A DNA stretch of 64,000 nt, from the NCBI GenBank assembly GCA_041650995.1, contig JBAZJZ010000003.1:22662-86661 (forward strand). Reading direction: 5' to 3'. The notes under the pieces are model-generated. The model searched no databases and was not told the origin of the DNA. It was given only the letters and a program-made list of their open reading frames with translations. Positions 48,998-60,280 of the stretch are shown piece by piece. Made by a program: the position numbers and the translations under genes. This DNA comes from Patescibacteria group bacterium. Its GTDB lineage: Bacteria > Patescibacteriota > Patescibacteriia > XYB2-FULL-38-15. Each line of letters begins with the position of its first letter. Position 1 is the stretch's first letter.

Positions 48998-49747
48998 ATG
49001 TATCAATATATTTACGATGCTTTTCTCTCGGAGGAAAAGTATCTCCGCCCAATGACGATTATTGAGAATCGTCTCGCCGATCTTGGACTTCAAGGGCGGG
49101 TAAATCGCCTAAATCTTTTTAAAGATCCTCGAGAGCTTATTCTAGAAGGAATAAAAAGAGGCGTGGATACTGTGGTGGCGGTAGGAAATGATGAAACACT
49201 TTCACGGGTGGTTAACGCCGTCGGCGATTTTAATTTAACTGTCGGCATGATTCCGATAGGTCCGAAAAACGAGATAACGAGAATCCTGGGAGTTGAGGAG
49301 GGTCTTTTAGCCTGCGATTGTCTTTCCAGCCGTTTAATCAGAAAAATAGATTTAGGAAAAATTAACGATATTTATTTTCTGGCTCACCTGAAAGCAGGGT
49401 CAGAAGTAAGTTTAAGATACGGAAAAGATTATCAGGTCAGGTCGCTTACAAATAATTTGGTGGAAATTTATAATTTGCCTACGCGGGAAGAGCAAGCAGA
49501 TCCGGAAGACGGTTATCTTGAGGCGCGCATCAGGCCATCGGAAAGAAAAATTTTTAAAAAAAATAGCAAGGGAGATTTTTCGCTTGATGGAAAAAGTTAT
49601 TTTCCGGTGCGTAAAGTTATTTTGGAAGGAAATGAAGGATCAAAAATTTTAGTTGATGGCTTAAAGCTAGTCAGTACTCCGGCTGAAGTTCAAATTTTGC
49701 CGCGTCAATTAAAAGTCATTGTAGGGAAAAATAGGTTTTTTAAATAA
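48998..49747 (+). CDS. diacylglycerol kinase family protein (degenerate)
   Basis: VVAVGNDET, GMIPIG..NEI...LG, IDLGKIN. Confidence 0.75.
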   Translation: MYQYIYDAFLSEEKYLRPMTIIENRLADLGLQGRVNRLNLFKDPRELILEGIKRGVDTVVAVGNDETLSRVVNAVGDFNLTVGMIPIGPKNEITRILGVEEGLLACDCLSSRLIRKIDLGKINDIYFLAHLKAGSEVSLRYGKDYQVRSLTNNLVEIYNLPTREEQADPEDGYLEARIRPSERKIFKKNSKGDFSLDGKSYFPVRKVILEGNEGSKILVDGLKLVSTPAEVQILPRQLKVIVGKNRFFK

Positions 49748-49764
49748 AAAGTAAAATATTTAAT

Positions 49765-49956
49765 ATGAAACCAAAAATAGACAGAGATCTATGCATTGGC
49801 TGCGGACTTTGTGAATCGCTTTGTCCAGCGGTTTTTAAGCTTGATGACGGAAAGTCGGTGGTTTTGGAAGGTGTTGATTACAAGGCAAACAGGGAATGCA
49901 CTCAAAAGGCCATTGAAAATTGTCCAGTGCAGGCAATCAGTTGGGAAGAAAAATAA
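49765..49956 (+). CDS. ferredoxin
   Basis: CIGCGLC...CP, CPVQAI. Confidence 0.92.
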   Translation: MKPKIDRDLCIGCGLCESLCPAVFKLDDGKSVVLEGVDYKANRECTQKAIENCPVQAISWEEK

Positions 49957-50002
49957 GATATAGCCAAAATTCATGGGATGTGATAAATTGGGCGATAGGT
50001 TT

Positions 50003-50086
50003 GCCCAGGTGGCGGAATTGGCATACGCGCATGCTTGAGGTGCATGTTCCCGCAAGGGATTGGAGGTTCGAGTCCTCTCCTGGGCA
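50003..50086 (+). tRNA. tRNA-Leu(GAG)
   Basis: CATGC-TTGAGGT-GCATG, long variable arm, GGTTCGAGTCC. Confidence 0.95.
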
Positions 50087-50131
50087 TATAAATTTTGTAT
50101 CTCTTTTTAGAGATTACAAAATTTATATAGT

Positions 50132-50198
50132 GCTCGAGGTGGCGAGAATTTCCCCCCTGTTAAGCCTTCGGGAAATTCTTCGAGTCCTCTCCTGGGCA
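50132..50198 (+). pseudogene. degenerate tandem copy of tRNA-Leu
   Basis: 3' 20 nt identical (TTCGAGTCCTCTCCTGGGCA); 5' GCTCGAGGTGGCG resembles GCCCAGGTGGCG; core replaced by a hairpin. Confidence 0.65.
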
Positions 50199-50255
50199 TT
50201 TGAGGAATTCGGTTTGGCGGAAGAGCATTCCTCACTTTCTTTTATTCCGCCCTTG

Positions 50256-50329
50256 GGGCGGCTAGCTCAGCTGGTTAGAGCGTCTCGTTTACACCGAGAA
50301 GGCCGGGGGTTCGAATCCCTCGCCGCCCA
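50256..50329 (+). tRNA. tRNA-Val(TAC)
   Basis: TCTCG-TTTACAC-CGAGA, GGTTCGAATCC. Confidence 0.95.
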
Positions 50330-50345
50330 TTGTTAGTAAATAATT

Positions 50346-50597
50346 ATGATAACAAGAATTATAGTTGGAGTTATCGGGACAGTTATTGGTTCAATAATGG
50401 TCATCAAATCAGAATGGCTTCTGTCTTTTTTCGGCCGAATTAATTGGGCAGAAATTCATCTTGGCGCTGAGGGCGGCACAAGACTTTTTTACAAATTGAT
50501 CGGTATTTTGGCAATCATCATCTCGCTCATGATTATGACTGGTATGATTGAGGGTTTGCTCTTCGCGATTTTCGGTCCGTTATTTGGGCAACGTTGA
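50346..50597 (+). CDS. small membrane protein
   Basis: 2-3 TM, WAE.HLG..GGTRLFYKLIG. Confidence 0.75.
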   Translation: MITRIIVGVIGTVIGSIMVIKSEWLLSFFGRINWAEIHLGAEGGTRLFYKLIGILAIIISLMIMTGMIEGLLFAIFGPLFGQR

Positions 50598-50633
50598 GTT
50601 TAAAAAACAATAAATTAATTTTTTTAAATTTTT

Positions 50634-51203
50634 ATGCCCGAAGAATTAAAAGTTTTAAAAATTTCCGGTGGCAATGCTTTGCTTGACCCGTATGTTATTT
50701 TTGAACAGATTGGTTTGGGAGTTGGCGCCAAAATGGCTGACTTGGGTTGTGGCGCGGCCGGTCATTTTGTTATTCCGGCGGCAAAAATCGTCGGAGAAAA
50801 AGGGGCTGTTTATGCCGTGGATCTTTTAAAGTCAGTTCTCGAAGCAGTAAAAAGCAGAGCAAGGCTTGAAGGGGTGGGCAACATTGAAACTGTTTGGTCG
50901 AATCTTGAAATCTACGGAGCAACAGACATTGAAGAGGGCAGTCTTGATTTAGTACTTTTGGCCAACACGCTTTTTCAAATTCCAAAAAGAGAAGAGGTTT
51001 TTCGGGAAGCGGTAAGACTTACGAAGAAGGGTGGAAAAATCGCGGTAGTAGAATGGGGGCTTTTGGCCGCGCCGCTTGGTCCGCCGTTAGATCGTCGCCT
51101 TAACAAAGATGCGGTAAGAGAATTGGCGCGGGCTAGTGGTTTGACTGAGGTTAAAGAATTTAAGGCTGGGCCATATCATTACGGATTAATTTTTTCCAAA
51201 TAG
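50634..51203 (+). CDS. class I SAM-dependent methyltransferase
   Basis: ADLGCGAAGHF, VYAVD, GPYHYG. Confidence 0.88.
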   Translation: MPEELKVLKISGGNALLDPYVIFEQIGLGVGAKMADLGCGAAGHFVIPAAKIVGEKGAVYAVDLLKSVLEAVKSRARLEGVGNIETVWSNLEIYGATDIEEGSLDLVLLANTLFQIPKREEVFREAVRLTKKGGKIAVVEWGLLAAPLGPPLDRRLNKDAVRELARASGLTEVKEFKAGPYHYGLIFSK

Positions 51204-51222
51204 TATAAAATAAAAAATAAAT

Positions 51223-51627
51223 ATGATTAATTTTGTGAGATTATTAGATTTAAATTTTTGGTTTGCTCTTCGGCCGGCCGCCCTAAGCGAACGGACGATG
51301 GTTATTTTAGTAGTCGGTTTCGCCGTATTTTTGGTACTGGCAATTGTTTGCGGTATTTCAGCAAAGGTTAAAAAACAAAACCCGCCTCTAGCGAAGCTTT
51401 TTCGAAAATTGAAAAAGATGCTTTCTACTATGGGCATACTCGGTTTTATTGTTTTATTTTTTAGCTATGAACAGATTTATCTTTTAGGCAGCCGTTTTTG
51501 GTTTTTGTTATGGTTTATCGGTTTTGTCGTTTGGGCAGTTTTTATTGTTCTTTACGCGGTGAAAAAAATGCCGAAAGAAAAAGATGAATTAGAAAAAAAA
51601 CAAAAATACCTTAAATATTTAGCCTAG
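51223..51627 (+). CDS. membrane protein
   Basis: 3 TM, SRFW, C-terminal KYL. Confidence 0.75.
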   Translation: MINFVRLLDLNFWFALRPAALSERTMVILVVGFAVFLVLAIVCGISAKVKKQNPPLAKLFRKLKKMLSTMGILGFIVLFFSYEQIYLLGSRFWFLLWFIGFVVWAVFIVLYAVKKMPKEKDELEKKQKYLKYLA

Positions 51628-51634
51628 ACAAATA

Positions 51635-52003
51635 ATGTCGCACGATCGTCAGGATTTGGGGAAATTGGGAGAAGAATTGGCTTGCGATTTTTTGAAAAAA
51701 CAAGGATATATAATTCTCGATAATAATTATCGGACTCGCGGCGGAGAAATAGATATTGTGGCAAAGGAAGGTGAAATGATAGTTTTTGTTGAAGTGAAAA
51801 CTAGGGTGAGCAGAGAATTCGGTTATCCGGAAGAAGCGATTGACGCTCGGAAGCAGCATAAATTGGCCATGACCGCGGAGTGTTATCTTGCAACTCACGA
51901 ATTATATGAAAAAGATTACCGGATTGACGCGATTGGTATAGAAATGGAGCGCGATGGCCGATTAAAAAATTTGCGCCACGAAAAAGACGTTGTGGGGTGG
52001 TAG
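51635..52003 (+). CDS. YraN family endonuclease-like protein
   Basis: GKLGEELA..FL, GEIDIV, FVEVKTR, RID. Confidence 0.92.
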   Translation: MSHDRQDLGKLGEELACDFLKKQGYIILDNNYRTRGGEIDIVAKEGEMIVFVEVKTRVSREFGYPEEAIDARKQHKLAMTAECYLATHELYEKDYRIDAIGIEMERDGRLKNLRHEKDVVGW

Positions 52004-52098
52004 CACTTGATTTATTTATTATCATGTGTTATGATAAAAATGTAACTAGTTCCTTCCGGACTAGTTTATTTAATAAGTAAAAGTAAATATTAGAAATT

Positions 52099-53346
52099 AT
52101 GGCTTCACCCATTTATCAGGCGATCAAGCAAATTTGCGAAGAAAAAAATATTAAACCAGAATCAGTTATCGAAACTATCGAGGCGGCGCTCGCAGCGGCA
52201 TACCGCAAAGATTTTGGTACTAAAAATCAAAATATTAAAGTTGAATTTAATTCAGAAAGCGGAGATTTTCGGGTTTTTGATATAAAAACTGTGGCGACCG
52301 ATGAGCTCGCCGCCAAATATGAAGAAGAGAAAAAAGAAAGAGAAGAAAGAATTAAGGAGGGGCTGCCAGAAGAGAAAAAAGAAAGAGAAGAAAAGCCAGA
52401 GGAAACTGAAGGCGAAGAAGAATTGAAATTTAATCCAAAATTAAATTTAAGTCTTGCTGAAGCGCGGGCGTTGAAAGCCGATGCGAAATTAGATGAAGTT
52501 ATTAAAACCGAACTTGAGGTACCGGGAGCGTTTGGCCGTATGGCTGCTCAGACCGCGAAACAGGTAATTATCCAAAAATTAAGAGAAGCCGAGAGGGATA
52601 CTTTATATAATGAATTTAAAGGTAAAGAGGGGGAGATTTTGCAGGGAGTCATTCAAAGAACCGAAGGCAAGATGGTATTGGTTGATCTTGGCCACGTGAC
52701 CGCCCTTTTACCTCCTGATGAACAAATCGAAAAAGAAAAATATGCGCCAGGTTCGCGTATGAAATTTTATTTGAGGGAGGTAACCATGACGACAAAAGGA
52801 CCGCAACTTATTGTTTCCCGCGCGCATCCGGAAATTCTCAATAAACTTTTTACTTTTGAAATTCCAGAAATCGCGAATGGCGTGGTAAAAATTAGAGCGA
52901 TCGCAAGAGAGGCTGGCTCCAGATCTAAAGTCGCGGTTTCAACCGAGGATGAAAATATTGATCCGATTGGCTCATGCATCGGACAGAGAGGCACGCGTAT
53001 TCAGACAATCATAAACGAATTAAACGGCGAAAAAATAGATGTTATCCAGTGGAGCGATGATATAAAAGATCTTATCGCGAATGCCCTTTCTCCGGCTAAA
53101 ATTTCCAACATTGAAATTAAGGAGGAAGAAAAATCCGCTTTCGTCGAGGTCAAGGCGGACCAGCTTTCTTTGGCGATTGGCCGCGGTGGACAAAATGTTC
53201 GTTTAGCCGCCAAGTTAACTGGTTGGAAAATCAACATCGGAGGCGGAGAAGCGGCAACTGAAGAAGGGAGAGAAGAAAAAGCGGAGACGGGAGAAGATTT
53301 GCCAAAAGAAAGTTCAGAAGAAAAAAAAGAGGAAGAATCAAAATAA
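52099..53346 (+). CDS. nusA: transcription factor NusA
   Basis: FGRMAAQTAKQV, FEIPEI, AREAGSRSK, AIGRGGQNVRLA. Confidence 0.97.
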   Translation: MASPIYQAIKQICEEKNIKPESVIETIEAALAAAYRKDFGTKNQNIKVEFNSESGDFRVFDIKTVATDELAAKYEEEKKEREERIKEGLPEEKKEREEKPEETEGEEELKFNPKLNLSLAEARALKADAKLDEVIKTELEVPGAFGRMAAQTAKQVIIQKLREAERDTLYNEFKGKEGEILQGVIQRTEGKMVLVDLGHVTALLPPDEQIEKEKYAPGSRMKFYLREVTMTTKGPQLIVSRAHPEILNKLFTFEIPEIANGVVKIRAIAREAGSRSKVAVSTEDENIDPIGSCIGQRGTRIQTIINELNGEKIDVIQWSDDIKDLIANALSPAKISNIEIKEEEKSAFVEVKADQLSLAIGRGGQNVRLAAKLTGWKINIGGGEAATEEGREEKAETGEDLPKESSEEKKEEESK

Positions 53347-53389
53347 TAAATTTAAACTTCGCTTATAATTATTTAATATTTTAAATTTT

Positions 53390-54130
53390 GTGATTGCACT
53401 TTTTAACACAATTTTTTATCAGCCGCTTTTTAATTTATTAGTTTGGTTTTATAATGTTATTCCTGGACATGATATTGGCATAGCGATCGTGCTTCTGACA
53501 ATTTTGATAAAATTAATTCTTTATCCGTTTTCCCTGCAGGCGATTCGCGCTCAAAAAGCGCTTGCCGAACTTCAGCCAAAGATGGAGGAATTAAAAGTCA
53601 AATACAAAGGTCAAAAGGAAGAGATGTCAAAGGCGATGATGGCTCTTTATAAGGAACATAAGGTTAATCCACTGTCGTCTTGTTTCCCAGTTTTAATTCA
53701 GTTGCCGTTTTTAATCGCCGTATACCAAGTTTTTATTCACGGTTTGAGCTCACAGGGATTAGAAAACCTTTATTCTTTCGTGGCTAATCCAGGTCATATC
53801 AATGCTGTTTCTTTCGGATTTCTTGATCTTTCAAAATCAAATATAGTTTTGGCAATCCTCGCTGGCGCGGCGCAGTTCTGGCAGGCAAAAATGATGCCGA
53901 GGGCCAAACCGAGTCCAAAAGTTCCGGGATCAAAAGATGAGAGTATGACAGCGATGATGAATAAACAGATGTTGTATTTTATGCCAGCCATTACTGTTTT
54001 TATCGGGGCGACCTTGCCTGGCGGTCTTACTTTTTATTGGTTTCTTACTACGCTTTTGACTGCTCTTCAACAATATTTTTATTTTAAAAAAGATAAGAAG
54101 TCTGATAATAAGCAACAAATAATGCCATAA
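53390..54130 (+). CDS. yidC: membrane protein insertase YidC
   Basis: LQPKM.EL..KY, LYKEH.VNP..SC.P.LIQLP, GL..YW. Confidence 0.93.
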   Translation: MIALFNTIFYQPLFNLLVWFYNVIPGHDIGIAIVLLTILIKLILYPFSLQAIRAQKALAELQPKMEELKVKYKGQKEEMSKAMMALYKEHKVNPLSSCFPVLIQLPFLIAVYQVFIHGLSSQGLENLYSFVANPGHINAVSFGFLDLSKSNIVLAILAGAAQFWQAKMMPRAKPSPKVPGSKDESMTAMMNKQMLYFMPAITVFIGATLPGGLTFYWFLTTLLTALQQYFYFKKDKKSDNKQQIMP

Positions 54131-54149
54131 TTTTGGTGATAAGTTATTT

Positions 54150-54494
54150 ATGACCATAAGTCATAAAAATTTAATTGGTTTGCCGGTACAAACAAAAAGC
54201 GGTTTGCTTTTGGGAAAGATTGGAAGTTTTGAAATTGAAAGTGATACCCAAACCGTTTTGCGTTATATTGTTAAAAGTAGAAATTTGATCAGCAAATTAT
54301 TATCTGAAAAGGTTAGCGAAATAATAATCAGCCGAAACCAGGTAATATTTTTAGATGAGGAAAAAATGATTGTTGACGACGCTTCGGTTAAAGAATTCGG
54401 CGGCGTTAATGTGCTCCAAAGAGCGGAGAAAAATGCGCCGGCGCTCGGAAGCCGTTTAAGCATTTCAAAAATTAATGGAGAATGTTCAAAATAA
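54150..54494 (+). CDS. PRC-barrel domain protein
   Basis: LIGLPVQTKSG..LGKI. Confidence 0.8.
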   Translation: MTISHKNLIGLPVQTKSGLLLGKIGSFEIESDTQTVLRYIVKSRNLISKLLSEKVSEIIISRNQVIFLDEEKMIVDDASVKEFGGVNVLQRAEKNAPALGSRLSISKINGECSK

Positions 54495-55386
54495 TTTGGA
54501 AAAATCCATTTTGGCTACCATTGCCTATTTTGATATTTTTGATTATCCACTAACGATTACAGAAATTTGGAAGTGGCTGTATTTAGAAAAAGCAGAAGAA
54601 AACTCACCGACCATTGGAGAAATTTGGAAAATTTTGGAAAATAGTCAATTATTAAAATCCTTGGTTCAAAACAGCCGGGGATTTTATTTTTTAAAGAATC
54701 GTGAAGGATTATTGACAACTCGCGAAGAGAGATATGTTTTAGCTTTTAAAAAATTAAAGAGGGCCAAGCGAATCGCGGGAGTTTTAAAATTTATTCCTGG
54801 AATAAAAATGATTGCGATTTGCAATAGCCTTGCTTGGACAAACGCTCGGGAAGAAAGTGACATAGATTTTTTTATTGTTACGGATAAAAGTAAAATATGG
54901 ACAGCTCGTTTTTGGGCAGCCGGATTTTTACAGATTTTCGGCATGCGCCCGAGTAAAAAAAATAATAAAGATAAAATTTGTTTAAGTTTTTTTGTTAGTG
55001 AAGATTCCTTGAATTTAGAATCATTAGCTCTGGGGATTCCGGACATTTATTTAGTCTATTGGATCGCGCAGATCGCTCCACTTTTTGATTGCGGAGGAAT
55101 TTATAATAGATTTTGGCGAGTAAACGACTGGATTAAAAAATTTTTACCGAATGTTTTTTCAAGAGAAGGAACGGATAAAGTTAGTGAAAATCGGCCGACC
55201 AAAATCGGACTGGGAGAAAATTTTTTCCGCTGGCTGCAAATTAAAATGTTGCCGGAAAATTTAAAAGAAATGGCTAATCGCGACAGCCGGGTTGTAATTA
55301 CTGATAAAATTTTGAAATTTCACGCCAACGACCGACGCGAAGAATATAAAAAAATGTGGGAAGAAAAAATAGCTGAATTATTATGA
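54475..55386 (+). CDS. nucleotidyltransferase-domain protein
   Basis: YFDIFDYPLT..EI, CNSLA, ESDIDFFIV. Confidence 0.75.
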   Translation: MENVQNNLEKSILATIAYFDIFDYPLTITEIWKWLYLEKAEENSPTIGEIWKILENSQLLKSLVQNSRGFYFLKNREGLLTTREERYVLAFKKLKRAKRIAGVLKFIPGIKMIAICNSLAWTNAREESDIDFFIVTDKSKIWTARFWAAGFLQIFGMRPSKKNNKDKICLSFFVSEDSLNLESLALGIPDIYLVYWIAQIAPLFDCGGIYNRFWRVNDWIKKFLPNVFSREGTDKVSENRPTKIGLGENFFRWLQIKMLPENLKEMANRDSRVVITDKILKFHANDRREEYKKMWEEKIAELL

Positions 55387-56726
55387 AAATTTTGGAAAAA
55401 ATTATAGAATATGGATTATATCTCTTTGTTTTTCTCTTGCCTTGGCAGACGAGGTTAATTATCCGCGAAGGAAGCTTAAATGGCTACTGGGAATATGGAA
55501 CAATAAGTATTTATGCCACGGAAATTTTATTGTGGACAATATTTATGCTGGCGGCGGTTTGGTGGGTAATAAGAAAGTTTAGAGTTAAAAGTGAAAAGTT
55601 AAAAGTTCCAGTTGAAGATTTAAATTTAGAGGCAAACACTAAATACAAAATACTGAATACAAAATATTTTATTTTAAGTATTTTTGTCGTTTGGTCACTA
55701 ATTTCTTTTCTTTGGTCCGATTCAAAAATTTTATCACTTTATGTTTGGCATTGGCTCGCGGAAGTAGCCGGATTATTTTTAATTTTGCGAACCGTTAAAT
55801 TAGACGTCGCAAAATTGATGTGGGCGTTTGTGTTTTCCGCCGTGCTCCAGGCCGGACTTGGTCTCTGGCAATTTTTATCGCAATCAACATTTTCTTTCAA
55901 ATGGCTCGGAATGGCTTTCCATAATCCGGCCGTACCCGGAACAGTCGTCGTGGAAACAGCGGTTCGCCGTTGGCTTCGCGCTTATGGCGCGCTTCCGCAT
56001 CCAAACATGCTGGCGGGATTTTTGGCCGCGGCGATGTTTTTTTCTTTCAGACTTTATCAGAAGATTGGTTACGGCGTTAAAAAAATTTTTATACCCGTTA
56101 TTTTTTCGATTTTATCTCTCGGACTTTTTGCCACATTTTCTAAAAGTGTAATTTTAAGTTTTTCCGTAGTTTTAATTTTATCGTGGTTATTGTTTTTTAT
56201 TTTTAAGCAGTCTAGGGAATTTAAAATTGATTTATTAAAATTTACTTTGATTTTCTTAATAATCGCCGTGATTTTTTTCGCGATTTTTTGGGAACCGGTG
56301 GAAACGAGAATTCTCGGTACGGAAAGATTGGAAATAAAATCAACCACGGAAAGATTAAGTTATTTTGGTGAAGCGTGGCAATTAATAAAAAGTCATCCGG
56401 TTTTTGGCGTAGGTCTTGGCAACTATACCTTGGCCGTGCATAATGAGATTAACCCGAATTTACAATCTTGGGACTACCAACCGGTTCATAATATTTATTT
56501 GCTTGGATTGGCAGAGCTTGGGATTATCGGGTTTATTTTATGGTTGGTTTTGATCTTTTTCGTTATAAAAAAATTACCAATTACCAATTACCAATTACCA
56601 ATTATTTTTTTAATAATTGGTTTTTTTGACCATTACCTTTGGACACTTTATTTCGGAGTAATGCTATTTTGGTTGGCTTTGGGGTCAATACAAAAGGATC
56701 TTGACAACCCGCTTGACAGATCATAA
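55383..56726 (+). CDS. O-antigen ligase family membrane protein
   Basis: RAYG..PHPN.LAG, GVGLGNY, QPVHNIYL...E.G, DHY. Confidence 0.87.
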   Translation: MKILEKIIEYGLYLFVFLLPWQTRLIIREGSLNGYWEYGTISIYATEILLWTIFMLAAVWWVIRKFRVKSEKLKVPVEDLNLEANTKYKILNTKYFILSIFVVWSLISFLWSDSKILSLYVWHWLAEVAGLFLILRTVKLDVAKLMWAFVFSAVLQAGLGLWQFLSQSTFSFKWLGMAFHNPAVPGTVVVETAVRRWLRAYGALPHPNMLAGFLAAAMFFSFRLYQKIGYGVKKIFIPVIFSILSLGLFATFSKSVILSFSVVLILSWLLFFIFKQSREFKIDLLKFTLIFLIIAVIFFAIFWEPVETRILGTERLEIKSTTERLSYFGEAWQLIKSHPVFGVGLGNYTLAVHNEINPNLQSWDYQPVHNIYLLGLAELGIIGFILWLVLIFFVIKKLPITNYQLPIIFLIIGFFDHYLWTLYFGVMLFWLALGSIQKDLDNPLDRS

Positions 56727-56808
56727 GATATAACATAAAATACTATGATAAAACAGACAATTAAGTCTGATTTTTATCTCTAAAATTAATATTAAATTAA
56801 AGGAAAAT

Positions 56809-57096
56809 ATGAACATCAAACCATTGGGTGATCGGGTAATTATTAGACCAATTGCCGAAGACATTACCACAAAATCAGGCATTGTTTTGCCGGAAACCGT
56901 GGAAAAGGAAAAGGCCGAAAAGGGTGAAGTTTTGGCTGTGGGTCCAGGTCGCGTGCTTGATAATGGATCTCTTGCGCCAATGTCTATTAAGGTCGGCGAC
57001 AAAGTGATGTTTAAAAAATATAGTCCTGATGAAATAAAAATTGAGGGCGAAGAACTTTTGATTATTTCTGAGTCGGATATTTTAGCGATTATTTAA
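56809..57096 (+). CDS. groES: co-chaperonin GroES
   Basis: KPLGDRV, TKSGIVLP, AVGPG, ESDILA. Confidence 0.97.
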   Translation: MNIKPLGDRVIIRPIAEDITTKSGIVLPETVEKEKAEKGEVLAVGPGRVLDNGSLAPMSIKVGDKVMFKKYSPDEIKIEGEELLIISESDILAII

Positions 57097-57114
57097 AAAT
57101 AAAATTAAATTTAA

Positions 57115-58743
<1,629 letters not shown>

Positions 58744-58757
58744 AAAGTAACTTTTAT

Positions 58758-58788
58758 AAAAAGCCGGGGTTTAAATCCCGGCTTTTTT
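58758..58788 (+). terminator. intrinsic terminator
   Basis: AAAAAGCCGGG-GTTTAAAT-CCCGGCTTTTTT. Confidence 0.85.
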
Positions 58789-58843
58789 GTATGTCAAATT
58801 TATGTTATAATTATCTTGTTGTTTAATTTTTTCTTCATTTTTT

Positions 58844-60277
58844 ATGTTGAAACGCACAAAGATCGTTTGTACCATTGGTCCGGTCTCGGAGAAGCCGGCT
58901 ATCTTAAAAAAGATGATAAAGGCCGGCATGAATGTTGCCAGACTTAATTTTTCCCATGGCACGCATGCTTGGCATGGTAAAGTTATAAAAATTATCAGAA
59001 AAATTTCCAAAGAATCAGGCCAGCCGGTGGGCATTATCGCCGACCTGCAGGGACCGCGCATTAGGGTTGGAGAACTTCCGACGGCGGGAGTGAAACTTAA
59101 TCCCAAAGAGAAAATTACCTTGACGACCAATTTAAAAAATGCAAAAAATAAAATTCCAGTAACTTACGCAAATTTACATAAAGATTTATCTTCGGGCAAC
59201 AGAATTCTTCTGGACGAGGGTTTGCTTGAATTGAAAGTTTTAAAAATTTTAGGTCGTGATATTTTTTGCGAGGTTGTGGTTGGCGGAATTTTGACTTCGC
59301 ACAAAGGCATTAATTTACCGGATTCGTCAGTCAGTCTTCCTCCACTTACGGAAAAAGATAAAGACGATCTTTTATTCGCAGTTAAAGAAGGTGTTGATTG
59401 GGTCGCCCTTTCTTTTGTTTCTCGTGCTTCGGAAATTTATGATTTACGTTACTTAACTCGTTCTCTGGAAAAAAAATTAAAATTGCCCAAGAACGCTCCA
59501 ATTAAAATTATCGCTAAAATAGAGAAACATGAAGCTGTCAAAAATTTAGATGAGATTTTGGAGGCGGTGGACGGAATTATGATTGCTCGAGGTGATTTGG
59601 GTATTGAAACCCCAGCCGAAGATGTTCCGCTTTGGCAGAAAAAAATTATTGATAAATGTTTGGCCGTGGCCAAGCCCGTGATCGTTGCCACGCAGATGCT
59701 CGATTCCATGATTAGGAAACCTCGGCCGACAAGAGCCGAGGTTTCAGACGTTGCTAACGCCGTGATTGATCACACCGACGCAGTAATGCTTTCCGGAGAA
59801 ACAGCAAGCGGCCTTTATCCGCTTCTCGCGGTGGAAACAATGGCAAAAATAGTAAGTGAAACGGAAAAATCAATCTATGATGATTTGGTGATGGCGGGAA
59901 TAGTGAAAAAGATAAAAAATATTGATGATGCCGTGAGCCAGGTGGCTAAAATTTTGTCAAAAACGGTGGAGGCTAAAGCGATTTTAGCAGCATCTCTTTC
60001 TGGTTACGCAGGCCGTATCGTTGCCCGTTATCGGCCGGAACTGCCCATTCTTGTCACAACCGACAATCTTCGGGTTCAAAGGCAGTTAACGTTGTCTTGG
60101 GGCGTTATCCCTTTTGTCCTTCCGTCTTGTCGTTCGGTTGAGGAATTAGTTGATCGTTCTATCGGCTATATTAAAAAAAATAAATTTGTGGCTCGGGGAG
60201 AAAAAATTATCATCATCGCCGGAGAGCCAGTCGGCCGTTCGGGAAATATTAATTTGATCGAAATCAAAGAATTATAG
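58844..60277 (+). CDS. pyk: pyruvate kinase
   Basis: RTKIVCTIGP, RLNFSHG, AKIE, MIARGDLG, ATQML.SM, MLSGET. Confidence 0.97.
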   Translation: MLKRTKIVCTIGPVSEKPAILKKMIKAGMNVARLNFSHGTHAWHGKVIKIIRKISKESGQPVGIIADLQGPRIRVGELPTAGVKLNPKEKITLTTNLKNAKNKIPVTYANLHKDLSSGNRILLDEGLLELKVLKILGRDIFCEVVVGGILTSHKGINLPDSSVSLPPLTEKDKDDLLFAVKEGVDWVALSFVSRASEIYDLRYLTRSLEKKLKLPKNAPIKIIAKIEKHEAVKNLDEILEAVDGIMIARGDLGIETPAEDVPLWQKKIIDKCLAVAKPVIVATQMLDSMIRKPRPTRAEVSDVANAVIDHTDAVMLSGETASGLYPLLAVETMAKIVSETEKSIYDDLVMAGIVKKIKNIDDAVSQVAKILSKTVEAKAILAASLSGYAGRIVARYRPELPILVTTDNLRVQRQLTLSWGVIPFVLPSCRSVEELVDRSIGYIKKNKFVARGEKIIIIAGEPVGRSGNINLIEIKEL

Positions 60278-60280
60278 TTT

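Noticed and set aside
49920-50336. 138-aa ORF
   Set aside because: Reads through tRNA-Leu, its pseudo-copy and tRNA-Val; not a plausible protein.
56700-56808. CIRCE operator before groES
   Set aside because: No TTAGCACTC-N9-GAGTGCTAA; only a promoter and a weak CAGAC/GTCTG palindrome.
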